From assembly GCF_042878995.1 (NCBI RefSeq), contig NZ_JBIAOR010000015.1, forward strand, positions 82,933 through 106,932: a DNA stretch of 24,000 nucleotides, written 5' to 3'. The stretch's first letter is position 1. Each line of letters starts with the position of its first letter. The position numbers and the translations under genes are program-made. Source of the DNA: Brevibacillus sp. NPDC003359 (lineage in GTDB: Bacteria; Bacillota; Bacilli; Brevibacillales; Brevibacillaceae). Shown in pieces: positions 8,100-18,114 of this stretch. The notes beneath the pieces are model-generated. The model worked only from the letters and a program-made list of their open reading frames with translations, was not told the origin of the DNA and did not search any database.

Positions 8100-9596
8100 C
8101 TATTTTAAGTAACGAATCGGGTTTTGATTTCGTCCATTTTGTATAACCTCAAAATGCAGGTGGACGCCAGTGGATTGCCCAGTCGAACCCTTTACGCCTA
8201 TTTTCTTTCCTTGGCTAACGACATCGCCAGCTTTCACACTAATGCTGCTCATGTGACCGTACAATGTCTTCATTCCATTGCCGTGGTCGATGATAACCGA
8301 TTTTCCATAGTCACCATTCCAACCAGCGAATGTGACACGTCCATTGTCTGCCGACATGACAGAACCAGAACCGGCAATATCAATTCCTTTGTGCATGCTG
8401 CCCCAGCGTTTGCCAAAGCCGCTGCTGATATACCCGCTAGCAGGCCAGCTCAAACGACCTGTTCCGCGCGATGGAATTACTTTTGTACCGCGCTCCATAA
8501 TTTGGGTTACAGGCTGCACAGTGACATCTTGTTTGATGACTTTGCGATTAACTACTTGTCCATTTTCTTTCACAACTTCGTACTTAACTGTTTTACTACC
8601 GTTTTTACCTTCTTGTACAACCTTAGTTTCGCCTTTAGGAACCTTGTCATTGTTATTAATTTGGGTATTAAAAGCAATAACTTCTTGTTGATCTACTTCT
8701 TCTTTGACTTGTACAGTAACCAGCGGACGCACTGCGGTTACATTGATTTCTTGTCCCAATTGAAGGACGGTATTTTCTGTGACACCTGAATTATTTGCGT
8801 AAATATCTTTGGACGTAATGCCGTATTTTTTCGCGATACAACCGATGCAATCGCCTTCTACGACCGTGTGCTTCATATCCTTGAAGGTGCCTTTTACCAG
8901 CAACTCCTCAAGTTTATCGGCAGACAAAATTCGAGATGCATCGACTGTTTCGGTTTGCATCTCTACGTTTTCTTTAAATGCGACTTCTTTTACCGGGTTT
9001 GGTTTGACTGGGATTGTGGATGCTGCTGCTACAACAGCCTTTTTCCCTGTGGTTGCCGGAACACCGGAATATTTTTGCTTCACATCAGCGAGTACTTGGT
9101 CAGCCGATTGCTGGTCTGGCAGGTAACCTACTACTTTGCCGTCAATCATCAGCTTAACACCCTGAACCTTGATATCCGCTACGGATGCCAAAGCTTGTAC
9201 AGCGACATCGTTATCGAACGCTGCCTTGAATTCACGCTCTTCTTCAAATGTGATGTAGTCAGCCACTTGCAAGTTAAGGCCTGTTTTTGCCTTTTCCTCT
9301 TCCAGCTTGGCTGTTGTCCAGTTATGAATCACATTTGGATCGTTTACCACGCCTACCTCATTGCCGTTCACGATGACATGGTAGACAGAATTGACATTGC
9401 TTATGTAGTAGTATTGTGCAGATGCTCCAGCAGCAATCGTCAAAACTATACCTGCCGCAACTGAAAGCGATTGTTTTTTATGCGACTGGATGTAAGAGCT
9501 TGTACGTTTCATAGTACGTTTCGCCAGATCACTGCAATCTCGAACGATTCGTGATGACCGTTCCTGCAGCTTGGCCTTCCATTCCGACCATTGCAT
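8100..9596 (-). CDS. Membrane-anchored LysM / G5-like / M23 family metallopeptidase
   Basis: The likely start is ATG at 9596 (MQWSEWKAK...), after AGGAGGG. TM segment SLSVAAGIVLTIAAGA. LysM-like segment HTVVEGDCIGCIAKKYGITSKDIYANN...LQLGQEINV. G5-like segment PKGETKVVQEGKNGSKTVKYEVV...ERGTK. M23 motifs HKGID and HLHFEV. Confidence 0.88.
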   Translation of the reverse strand: MQWSEWKAKLQERSSRIVRDCSDLAKRTMKRTSSYIQSHKKQSLSVAAGIVLTIAAGASAQYYYISNVNSVYHVIVNGNEVGVVNDPNVIHNWTTAKLEEEKAKTGLNLQVADYITFEEEREFKAAFDNDVAVQALASVADIKVQGVKLMIDGKVVGYLPDQQSADQVLADVKQKYSGVPATTGKKAVVAAASTIPVKPNPVKEVAFKENVEMQTETVDASRILSADKLEELLVKGTFKDMKHTVVEGDCIGCIAKKYGITSKDIYANNSGVTENTVLQLGQEINVTAVRPLVTVQVKEEVDQQEVIAFNTQINNNDKVPKGETKVVQEGKNGSKTVKYEVVKENGQVVNRKVIKQDVTVQPVTQIMERGTKVIPSRGTGRLSWPASGYISSGFGKRWGSMHKGIDIAGSGSVMSADNGRVTFAGWNGDYGKSVIIDHGNGMKTLYGHMSSISVKAGDVVSQGKKIGVKGSTGQSTGVHLHFEVIQNGRNQNPIRYLK

Positions 9597-9853
9597 AACT
9601 TGTCCCTCCTGAAAACAGATACAACTTACTCGTTCCATTTCCTGAAAATTTTTAATTTATTGATTAGGTCGTATATCCCATAATTTAGTTTCCATTTATC
9701 TGCCAAATTGCCTAAAGAAATCAACTATGTCGACTTTACCACAAGATTAACGACAACATCAAGTGTAAATTGCTGTCGAATAAAAAAATAGACGTAGAGT
9801 CACTATATGTACAAATAATTGGTAGCATTTATCATTACTGGGAGCTGATATAT

Positions 9854-10225
9854 GTGAAGGAACGTAACATTTTGGCAGGATTCCTCACCGAGGACGATGC
9901 ACAAAAGGCGGAAAATGCGCTTCGACAAGCCGGTTTTTCCATCATTCAAATCGACAGGATCGGGCAAATCCCGGATGAGGGGATTGAACGAATCATGAAT
10001 CCACTTACTGGTAGCTTTCCAAGCTTAGGCTCCTTGACACTGTCAGGAGATTTTCCAAGTGGACGGGATGCCAGCATTCTGGCAGCCGCCGATCCCGATG
10101 CCAGTGGATACGCGGATCGAAACGACAGCTATTACAACCGCACTGTCCTATTAACAGCAGTCGTCCCAGAGGAACAAGCCGATGAAGCGACTAGGATCAT
10201 TGAATCATTTGGGGGCCTGATCTAA
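9854..10225 (+). CDS. Hypothetical small protein (about 123 aa)
   Basis: The ORF track starts at TTG 9770 with no SD. An in-frame GTG at 9854 has TGGGAG 9 nt upstream. The N-terminal (ILAGFLTEDDAQKAENALRQAGFSI) and C-terminal (VLLTAVVPEEQADEATRIIESFGG) segments look like beta-alpha-beta modules reminiscent of YflT/GSP17M-type stress proteins. That resemblance is a weak impression only. Confidence 0.5.
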   Translation: MKERNILAGFLTEDDAQKAENALRQAGFSIIQIDRIGQIPDEGIERIMNPLTGSFPSLGSLTLSGDFPSGRDASILAAADPDASGYADRNDSYYNRTVLLTAVVPEEQADEATRIIESFGGLI

Positions 10226-10234
10226 AATAAATAT

Positions 10235-10276
10235 AGCCATCTTCCCTTAACTAACTAGGAAAGATGGCTTATTTCG
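10235..10276. terminator. Hairpin terminator shared by convergent genes
   Basis: Stem AGCCATCTTCC (10235-10245) / GGAAAGATGGCT (10258-10269) with a one-base bulge, followed by TATTTCGTT. It lies between the convergent ORFs ending at 10225 and 10294. Confidence 0.55.
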
Positions 10277-10293
10277 TTATCGACATCGAAAAC

Positions 10294-10509
10294 TCACACC
10301 TCTTGCATCGAGGTAACGTCTTTTAACGCAAGTCTGCGTATTTTCGTTTTCTCGGCGTCATTTTGTTGCTTGTATGTGGTGATAAAGCATAGGTAGCCAT
10401 TGTTGAAATGAGTCATGGTTCCCTTGATGACGACGCCATTGATCATTTTCACCTGTACATTTTTGCCCAGCAGCTTCATGGCCTTTTGGTCAAATCCAGA
10501 ACCCATCAT
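10294..10509 (-). CDS. Small hypothetical protein, possibly Sm-like/DUF2642-type beta-barrel
   Basis: 70-72 aa. The GGAGAGGTG SD is best spaced for the ATG at 10509. The pattern KLLGKNVQVKMINGVVIKGTMTHFNNGYLCF resembles YuzF/DUF2642-type Sm-like proteins. This was judged by eye and not verified. Confidence 0.55.
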   Translation of the reverse strand: MMGSGFDQKAMKLLGKNVQVKMINGVVIKGTMTHFNNGYLCFITTYKQQNDAEKTKIRRLALKDVTSMQEV

Positions 10510-10583
10510 CACTTTTCACCTCTCCATTTCTCCCTATGTCTATCCATATGCCCAGAGGGTGTCGTTTCGTGTCTGTCCCTTGT

Positions 10584-10618
10584 AAAAAAAGAAAGCTGCC
10601 GAATGATCGACAGCTTTC
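10584..10618 (-). terminator. Rho-independent terminator of purA
   Basis: Stem GAAAGCTG (10591-10598) / CAGCTTTC (10611-10618). A T7 run follows on the minus strand (plus-strand A run 10584-10590). It lies 21 nt after the purA stop. Confidence 0.8.
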
Positions 10619-10639
10619 TTCTATTATATAGTCTATAGC

Positions 10640-11974
<1,335 letters not shown>

Positions 11975-11977
11975 CTA

Positions 11978-12006
11978 AGTTTACTAAACGTGACTCCCCA
12001 TGTCAA
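11978..12006 (-). promoter_or_regulatory. Putative sigma-A promoter of purA
   Basis: On the minus strand: TTGACA (12006-12001), a 17-nt spacer, then TAAACT (11983-11978). The -10 element lies about 50 nt upstream of the start codon. Confidence 0.5.
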
Positions 12007-12010
12007 CGCT

Positions 12011-12054
12011 AAATACGAACATTCATATAGTTAATTCTTAATATGTTCGGCAAT
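12011..12054. promoter_or_regulatory. Inverted pair of PurBox-like sites (PurR operator) upstream of purA
   Basis: 12011-12023 AAATACGAACATT, and 12042-12054 whose reverse complement is ATTGCCGAACATA. Each has 1-2 mismatches to the B. subtilis PurBox AWWWCCGAACWWT. The boxes are inverted, about 18 nt apart, and sit immediately upstream of the -35 element. Confidence 0.6.
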
Positions 12055-12062
12055 TCAATATA

Positions 12063-12093
12063 GAAAAAAAAGCCGGAATTTCTCCGGCTTTTC
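12063..12093 (-). terminator. Rho-independent terminator after the helicase gene
   Basis: Stem AGCCGGA (12071-12077) / TCCGGCT (12083-12089) with a 5-nt loop. A run of 8 T's follows on the minus strand: A7 at 12064-12070 plus the stem-edge A at 12071. Confidence 0.85.
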
Positions 12094-12107
12094 TTACATT
12101 CCATCTA

Positions 12108-13457
12108 TTAACCTGCTTGATTTCGAAAACGATGATCCAGGTTGACGAATTTGTTAAATTCTTTCAGGAACGCCAACTCCACCGTTCCGGTCGGGCCGTT
12201 ACGCTGTTTGGCGATAATGACTTCGATGACATTCTTGTTTTCTGATTCCTTGTCATAGTAGTCATCACGGTACAAGAAAGCAACGATATCGGCGTCCTGC
12301 TCAATCGATCCCGATTCACGGATATCGGACATCATCGGTCGCTTGTCCTGCCGTTGCTCTACACCACGGCTCAACTGCGACAGGGCAATAACCGGCACGT
12401 TCAGCTCACGCGCGATCCCTTTTAGCGTACGAGAGATCTCAGATACTTCCTGCTGACGGTTATCTCCTTTGCCTCGTCCATGAATCAGCTGAAGGTAATC
12501 GATCAGGATTAAACCCAATCCCTTCTCGGTCTGAAGGCGACGGCATTTCGCCCGGATGTCCTGTACAGTAACCCCGGGAGAATCGTCGATGTAAATCGGC
12601 GCTTTTGCCAGCGTACCAATTGCCATCGTCAGCTTTTGCCAATCATCTTCCTCCAGTGACCCTGAACGCATCCGGGACGCATCCAGATTGCCCTCCGCAC
12701 AAATCATACGCTGTACCAGCTGAGGAGCACCCATCTCCAAGGAGAAGATGGCTACAGTCTCACCTGCACGGGCTGCTACGTTTTGCGCGAGATTCAAGGC
12801 AAAAGCCGTTTTCCCTACGGAAGGACGGGCTGCCAAGATAATCAGATCACTGCGCTGCAATCCTGCTGTCATTTTGTCCAAATCTGTATATCCCGTAGAA
12901 ATCCCTGTAATATCACCGCGTCGCTGACTCAAAAACTCAATCCGCTCGTACGTTTCCAGAAGGGCATCACGAATCGGTGTAAAACCGCCACTGTTGCGAT
13001 TTTGACCGATCTCCATGATGTACTTCTCTGCATCCGCGATGATCTGCGTGACATCATCCTCACGGGAGTATCCGTCATTGGCAATCTTGGTAGCTGTATG
13101 AATCAATCGCCGTAGCAGCGATTTCTCTTCTACAATTTTTGCATAGTATTCGATGTTGGCAGCCGTTGGAACTGAACTGGCGATTTCCGTGATATACGTA
13201 ACGCCGCCAACTTCATCCAGCAGCTTGTGGTCCTGTAGATCCGCTGTAACCGTAACCAGATCGACAGGTTCGCCTTTTTCATACAGGTCCACCATCGTTT
13301 GAAAGATGCGCTGATGCGCTGTCTTATAAAAATCCTCCGGACGGAGAATCTCAATGGCCGTGATTAAAGCTTCCTTAGACAAGAACACGGCACCCAGTAC
13401 CGATTGTTCCGCTTCCTTGTTCTGTGGCGGCACACGATCCAAAAACAGGTCGCTCAC
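12108..13457 (-). CDS. dnaB: Replicative DNA helicase (DnaB family; called DnaC in B. subtilis)
   Basis: 449 aa. GTG start after GGGGGGTG. N-terminal PPQNKEAEQSVLGA signature. Walker A ARPSVGKTAFAL. RecA-like C-terminal domain (SLEM, IDYLQL, SQLSRGVEQR). Confidence 0.95.
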   Translation of the reverse strand: MSDLFLDRVPPQNKEAEQSVLGAVFLSKEALITAIEILRPEDFYKTAHQRIFQTMVDLYEKGEPVDLVTVTADLQDHKLLDEVGGVTYITEIASSVPTAANIEYYAKIVEEKSLLRRLIHTATKIANDGYSREDDVTQIIADAEKYIMEIGQNRNSGGFTPIRDALLETYERIEFLSQRRGDITGISTGYTDLDKMTAGLQRSDLIILAARPSVGKTAFALNLAQNVAARAGETVAIFSLEMGAPQLVQRMICAEGNLDASRMRSGSLEEDDWQKLTMAIGTLAKAPIYIDDSPGVTVQDIRAKCRRLQTEKGLGLILIDYLQLIHGRGKGDNRQQEVSEISRTLKGIARELNVPVIALSQLSRGVEQRQDKRPMMSDIRESGSIEQDADIVAFLYRDDYYDKESENKNVIEVIIAKQRNGPTGTVELAFLKEFNKFVNLDHRFRNQAG

Positions 13458-13481
13458 GTCACACCCCCCACAATTGAGTCA

Positions 13482-13925
13482 TTATTCTTCCACAACGTGT
13501 ACTTTTAGCGTCACGGTTACTTCGTTGTGCAGTTTCACTTTGATTTGCGTCACGCCCAAAGCACGGATGGCATCCATTTCGAGCTTACGCTTGTCTACTT
13601 TGATTTTAAACTGATCTTCCAGCGCTTGCGCTACTTGTTTACTGGAAATTGCCCCAAACAAGCGACCACCTTCGCCTGCTTTTCCTGCTACTTTCACTGT
13701 CAGCTCTTCCAGCTTTTTGCCGAGCTCCTGAGCATCCAGCTTTTCTTGCTCCTTGCGCTTATCTTCGCTGCGCTTTTGAGCGTCAAGCGTTTTCACGTTG
13801 CTATCTGTCGCTTCTTTTACCAGCTTCTTTGGCAACAAGAAGTTGCGTACATAGCCCTCTGACAAATCCTTAACTTCGCCTTTTTTCCCTTGGCCTTTTA
13901 CATCTTGAAGAAAAATGACTTTCAT
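13482..13925 (-). CDS. rplI: 50S ribosomal protein L9
   Basis: [33 protein letters not shown]. The second ATG (13925) is better spaced from the AAGGGGGA SD than the ORF-track start at 13928. Confidence 0.95.
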   Translation of the reverse strand: MKVIFLQDVKGQGKKGEVKDLSEGYVRNFLLPKKLVKEATDSNVKTLDAQKRSEDKRKEQEKLDAQELGKKLEELTVKVAGKAGEGGRLFGAISSKQVAQALEDQFKIKVDKRKLEMDAIRALGVTQIKVKLHNEVTVTLKVHVVEE

Positions 13926-13951
13926 CATCGTTTCCCCCTTTATATTTTGGC

Positions 13952-15889
13952 CTATACGACCGAGTCAATCGCTTCTTTCAAACGACGTGTAGCTTCTTTA
14001 ATTGATATGCCTTGAATTTGTGTCGCAGCACCAGTGAGGTGACCGCCTCCACCAAGCAGTTCCATGATGGACTGAACATTGATGTCGCCCAGAGAACGTC
14101 CACTGATCAAGATCGTATCGTCGGATCGCTCTGCAACAACAAACGACGCCTGGATACCTGACAAAGTGAGTAGCTGCTCAGCAGCTTGAGCCACCTGTAC
14201 CTGCGTGTAATCCTCAGACGGATCGCCTATGGCAATCGCCATGTTGTCACGGTACGTTTCCGTATTCATGATGATTTTTGCCCGCTTCACATACTGCCCC
14301 AGATCTTCCTTCAACAGGCGCTGGACAGCAGCGGTATCGGCCCCGTTACGACGAAGGAACGACGCCGCTTCAAAGGTACGTGAACCTGTGCGGAAGGCAA
14401 AGCTTTTGGTATCCACCACAATCCCTGCTAACAGTGCCGTTGCAATCAGATTGTCGATATTCAATCGCTCGCTCTGATATTGCAGCAGCTCCGTAACAAG
14501 CTCCGCCGTCGAAGAAGCATACGGTTCCAGATACAAGAGTACTGGCTCAATGAACTCCTCCGAACGTCGATGGTGGTCAATCACCACAATTCGGCTTGTT
14601 TCCGTCAACAGCTTCGGCTCAATCACCAGCGATGGTCGATGCGTATCGACGACTACCAGCAATGTGCGGCCGGAGATGAGTCGGATCGCCTGTTCTGGCG
14701 TGATAAAGGTCTCTGCCAGCTCTTCATTGGCATAAATCTCTTTCATCAGACGCTCGACAGAATGATTGCCCTCGTCCATGACGATATAAGCCGTTTTGTT
14801 GTGCAGCTGCACAGCCTTCAACACACCAAGTGATGCCCCGATGGAATCCATGTCAGGCTGTTTATGCCCCATGACGATGACGTGCTCCGCCTCATGTATG
14901 AGATCACGCAAAGCATGTGCAATAACACGAGCCCGGACGCGTGTCCGCTTTTCCACCGCATTCGATTTCCCACCATAGAAGGTGAGCTTGTTGCCAATCT
15001 TGACAGCGCACTGGTCGCCACCGCGCCCCAATGCGATATCCAAGCTTGATTGTGCCATTTGTCCCAGCTCAATGTAAGTAGTAGCGGCCGCTCCAACCCC
15101 GATACTAAGCGTAATCGGAATTTTGTTGTCAGCCGTCATCTCCCGTACCACATCGAGAATGTCAAATCGCGATTCTTCTAATTTATCAAGTGCTTCCCGT
15201 TCCATCAGAGCCAAAAACTTGTCGGCCGTGATTCGGCGAAGATATATGCCATGTTTGTTGGCCCACTCTGTAATCACACCAGCCACGCTTGTAGAGAGCA
15301 GCGTACGGCTTTGATCATCCATGACTTGTCCAACCTCGTCCAAATTGTCGAGGTGAATGATGGCAAGTGCAGCCTTTTCTCGATGGTAACGAGTCGTCAA
15401 TTCTTTAAAGTCCGTAATGTCCTTGAAATACAAAAGGCGCTCATCGGACCGCACAATGACCTCGTATACCCGCTCGTTATAAGTAAACTCCAGCCGTTTT
15501 TGCTCCGGCTTCCAAGCCAGTTGGGGGAATACCTCTTGAAGGCTTTTCCCGATCATGGATTCATCCCCGGACATATGCGTCATATACGGGTTTACCCACT
15601 CAATTGCCTTTTCCTCGTTGTATAAAAGAATTCCGATCGGCAGTTCCTGGATAACGCCTTCTCCCGCCTTCTTCACGCGATGGGTGACTGTCGCCAAGTA
15701 CAGGCGCAAGTCTCGTTGGAACCCCTTTTCTGCTTGAAGAGCGTAAAGAACCAAGCCAATCAAGCAAATCATGCCGATCGCCCCGTACATCCAATGGAAC
15801 AAGGTCAAAATCCCCAACAACAGCAAGCTAAAGCTGAGTGCCAGGACCATGTGCATCCCGTACCAACGCTTTAACAGGAACTTGGGCAT
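13952..15889 (-). CDS. gdpP: Cyclic-di-AMP phosphodiesterase GdpP (YybT)
   Basis: 645 aa with two N-terminal TM helices, a PAS-like region and a degenerate GGDEF (LGRGGDQ). DHH motif (VIDHHRRS) and DHHA1 GGGH ([10 protein letters not shown]). Confidence 0.92.
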   Translation of the reverse strand: MPKFLLKRWYGMHMVLALSFSLLLLGILTLFHWMYGAIGMICLIGLVLYALQAEKGFQRDLRLYLATVTHRVKKAGEGVIQELPIGILLYNEEKAIEWVNPYMTHMSGDESMIGKSLQEVFPQLAWKPEQKRLEFTYNERVYEVIVRSDERLLYFKDITDFKELTTRYHREKAALAIIHLDNLDEVGQVMDDQSRTLLSTSVAGVITEWANKHGIYLRRITADKFLALMEREALDKLEESRFDILDVVREMTADNKIPITLSIGVGAAATTYIELGQMAQSSLDIALGRGGDQCAVKIGNKLTFYGGKSNAVEKRTRVRARVIAHALRDLIHEAEHVIVMGHKQPDMDSIGASLGVLKAVQLHNKTAYIVMDEGNHSVERLMKEIYANEELAETFITPEQAIRLISGRTLLVVVDTHRPSLVIEPKLLTETSRIVVIDHHRRSEEFIEPVLLYLEPYASSTAELVTELLQYQSERLNIDNLIATALLAGIVVDTKSFAFRTGSRTFEAASFLRRNGADTAAVQRLLKEDLGQYVKRAKIIMNTETYRDNMAIAIGDPSEDYTQVQVAQAAEQLLTLSGIQASFVVAERSDDTILISGRSLGDINVQSIMELLGGGGHLTGAATQIQGISIKEATRRLKEAIDSVV

Positions 15890-15893
15890 TTCC

Positions 15894-16802
15894 TCAGCCC
15901 CTCTTCACTCTTGTTTCCAGTTTTTCACGCAAACGAATTCCTAGATCAAATATCCCTACTAGACTAAGTATAGTACTTAGGGGGGGAAAAATAAATAGAC
16001 AGACAACGAGCACAGGAGTCATTCTCTTCCACCCGTACAAAAAGGCAGCAAATAGACAAAAACTCAAGCCCTGCAAAACAAAAATAGCATCCAGCATGAC
16101 TTTCAGGTTCATCAGGGCGATTTCCCAGAATGTACCCTGCATGCTTTCAGCAAACAACAAAAGACTGATCATCGCAATGAAGTAGTAATAAAGCAATGAT
16201 CGAGGGAAGTTCCATTCTCGAATTGGCTTCAATGCTGGAATCGGTCTGTGCAGACGTCGTCCAATCAGACTCACCAATCCATGAATAATGGCGCTCCATA
16301 TAAAACCGCCTATGACTATCATTGTAGGTAAGACGATTTTAAAAAACTGGATGAGTTGATCATACTGCTCTTTTGGCACCATCGCCGGACGCAACTTTGA
16401 AACTTCTTGCAAAATTAGATTGAAATCAACGTTCATTCCAAATGCCAAGAATCCAAGCAAGGAAACCGCACCTAGAAAAAAGATACCAGCACCCGCCGCA
16501 ATAGCTGGCAAGGCGTCCCTTTTTTTCGAGTAAACAATCCCCATTGTAGATCCCCAAGCGGCACTGAAAAGAGCAAGTGTAGCTGCAAACGGACCGGTAA
16601 TGATCCAGCCCAGAAACGTAAAGGCCAAGGCGATCCAAATCATGCTAGGTACTGTTCGATTTACTGCCAAAAGGATAAAAGGCAGAGGTATCAAGAAGAT
16701 GACGAGTCCTCCCAGTATGGTATATGTACTGAGAAACAGCATTATCAGTGCGATACCCAGCATAAGGGCATTTTCAGCCAAGTGTTTCGTTTTGGACGGC
16801 AT
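15894..16802 (-). CDS. yybS: YybS-family polytopic membrane protein (DUF2232)
   Basis: 302-aa multi-TM protein immediately upstream of gdpP, as in B. subtilis. GAGGTG SD 5 nt before the ATG. Confidence 0.8.
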   Translation of the reverse strand: MPSKTKHLAENALMLGIALIMLFLSTYTILGGLVIFLIPLPFILLAVNRTVPSMIWIALAFTFLGWIITGPFAATLALFSAAWGSTMGIVYSKKRDALPAIAAGAGIFFLGAVSLLGFLAFGMNVDFNLILQEVSKLRPAMVPKEQYDQLIQFFKIVLPTMIVIGGFIWSAIIHGLVSLIGRRLHRPIPALKPIREWNFPRSLLYYYFIAMISLLLFAESMQGTFWEIALMNLKVMLDAIFVLQGLSFCLFAAFLYGWKRMTPVLVVCLFIFPPLSTILSLVGIFDLGIRLREKLETRVKRG

Positions 16803-16835
16803 GTCAGCACCTCATTATTCATATCTCATGTACAC

Positions 16836-16887
16836 TTTCCATAGAAAACTATGGAAAAAAGAGGGCCACGCAATTGTGCCCCTCTTT
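16836..16887 (-). terminator. rpsR terminator plus an overlapping second hairpin
   Basis: Terminator stem 16860-16869 / 16876-16885 (9 bp plus one mismatch), with a T6 run on the minus strand (plus-strand A run 16855-16860). Part of that U tract is also the 5' arm of a perfect 9-bp hairpin, TTTCCATAG-AAAA-CTATGGAAA (16836-16857). Confidence 0.7.
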
Positions 16888-16903
16888 GTATAGCTTTTGA
16901 AAA

Positions 16904-17134
16904 TTATTCAGCAGTGTAAGGCAACAGTGCTACTTGACGGGATCGCTTGATTGCGATTGTCAGTGCACGTTGATACTTCGCAGAAGTACCAGTTACACGA
17001 CGTGGCAAGATTTTGCCGCGTTCGCTGATGAACTTTTTCAGCAAATCAATATCTTTATAATCGATGTGCTTGATTTTGTTCACTTTAAAGAAGCATACTT
17101 TACGACGCTTATTAGGACGTCCTTTGCGTGCCAT
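16904..17134 (-). CDS. rpsR: 30S ribosomal protein S18
   Basis: 76 aa: [16 protein letters not shown]...[32 protein letters not shown]. Confidence 0.97.
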   Translation of the reverse strand: MARKGRPNKRRKVCFFKVNKIKHIDYKDIDLLKKFISERGKILPRRVTGTSAKYQRALTIAIKRSRQVALLPYTAE

Positions 17135-17174
17135 GATAGTCCCTCCCTCTTAGGAATGTGAAAGTTGTACGATA

Positions 17175-17654
17175 CTAGAACGGCAAGTCATCATCTGAAA
17201 TGTTGATCGGCTTGCCTGCACTCGCGAAAGGATCACCAAACGGATCATAGTCATTATTTCGTTGACCGGATGGTTTGTTACCGCCACCCATGCCCGGTCC
17301 TGGATCGTATCCTGAATTGTCTCCGCCGGATTCATTGCCTCGACCGCCCAAAAATTGAACGTTCTCCGCAACGACTTCCGTCACGTATACCTTTTTACCT
17401 TCTTTATTATCATAGGAACGTGTTTGCATACGTCCTTCGATGGCTGCTTGTCTACCTTTACGCAAATAGCTTGCGCACAGGTCGGCAAGTTTTTGCCAAG
17501 CGACAATGTTAATGAAGTCCGTTTCTCTCTCTCCCGCTTGATTGGTGCGGGGACGATTGACGGCCACAGTAAAAGTAGCAACGGCAACGCCATTTGGCGT
17601 GTAGCGAAGTTCAGGATCTTTCGTCAGGTTGCCGATGAGAATGACTTTATTCAT
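17175..17654 (-). CDS. ssb: Single-stranded DNA-binding protein
   Basis: 159 aa with an OB fold ([34 protein letters not shown]), a Gly-rich linker and an acidic tail DDDLPF. Confidence 0.97.
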   Translation of the reverse strand: MNKVILIGNLTKDPELRYTPNGVAVATFTVAVNRPRTNQAGERETDFINIVAWQKLADLCASYLRKGRQAAIEGRMQTRSYDNKEGKKVYVTEVVAENVQFLGGRGNESGGDNSGYDPGPGMGGGNKPSGQRNNDYDPFGDPFASAGKPINISDDDLPF

Positions 17655-17683
17655 CTTGGTTCCCCCTCTGATCGCGACAATGA

Positions 17684-17971
17684 TTACTTCTCATCACGAA
17701 CAAACATAAAGCGGATTACGTCGTCATTGATTTTCATCAGACGCTCAGCTTCCGCAACAGCATCGGAGTTCGCTTTGAAGTTCATCAAAACGTAGTAACC
17801 TTCACGGAACTTGTTGATCTCGTACGCAAGACGACGTTTACCCATTTCTTGAAGCTTAGAGATTTCGCCACCATAGTTAGTTACAACATCGCTGTAACGA
17901 GCTACATTGGATTTTACTTTCTCTTCTTCAAGGTCTGGACGCAATACATACATTACTTCGTATTGGCGCAT
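17684..17971 (-). CDS. rpsF: 30S ribosomal protein S6
   Basis: 95 aa: [19 protein letters not shown]...YYVLMNF. Confidence 0.97.
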
Positions 17972-18069
17972 ACCTTTTCACCTCCTTATGGACTTTAGCG
18001 GCCCTGTTCGGGCAAGGAGCGAGTGCTAAAACGAAACGCACAAAACATGCACTCCATAAATACTCGCAT
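17972..18069 (-). promoter_or_regulatory. Structured 5' leader of rpsF-ssb-rpsR (candidate S6:S18-responsive rpsF leader)
   Basis: About 98 nt lie between the predicted -10 and the ATG. Two mutually exclusive pairings are visible on the minus strand. GCGAGT pairs with ACTCGC. TTATGGA pairs with TCCATAA, which directly abuts the AGGAGG SD. A GCCC-GAACA-GGGC hairpin lies between them. Confidence 0.45.
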
Positions 18070-18075
18070 TATCGT

Positions 18076-18104
18076 ATTATAGCAAACCGCCTAGCTCGAA
18101 TCAA
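18076..18104 (-). promoter_or_regulatory. Sigma-A promoter of the rpsF operon
   Basis: On the minus strand: TTGATT (18104-18099), a 17-nt spacer, then a perfect TATAAT (18081-18076). Confidence 0.7.
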
Positions 18105-18114
18105 GAATTTCGTA

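Noticed and set aside
9774-9780. A Spo0A-box-like TGTCGAA in the divergent region upstream of the 9854 gene.
   Set aside because: It is a single 7-mer, expected about three times per window by chance, and no second box is nearby.
18021-18029. GAGTGCTAA, an exact CIRCE (HrcA operator) half-site in the rpsF leader.
   Set aside because: The partner TTAGCACTC half-site is not present 9 nt away. A single 9-mer is expected about 0.2 times per window by chance, and here it forms part of a leader helix.
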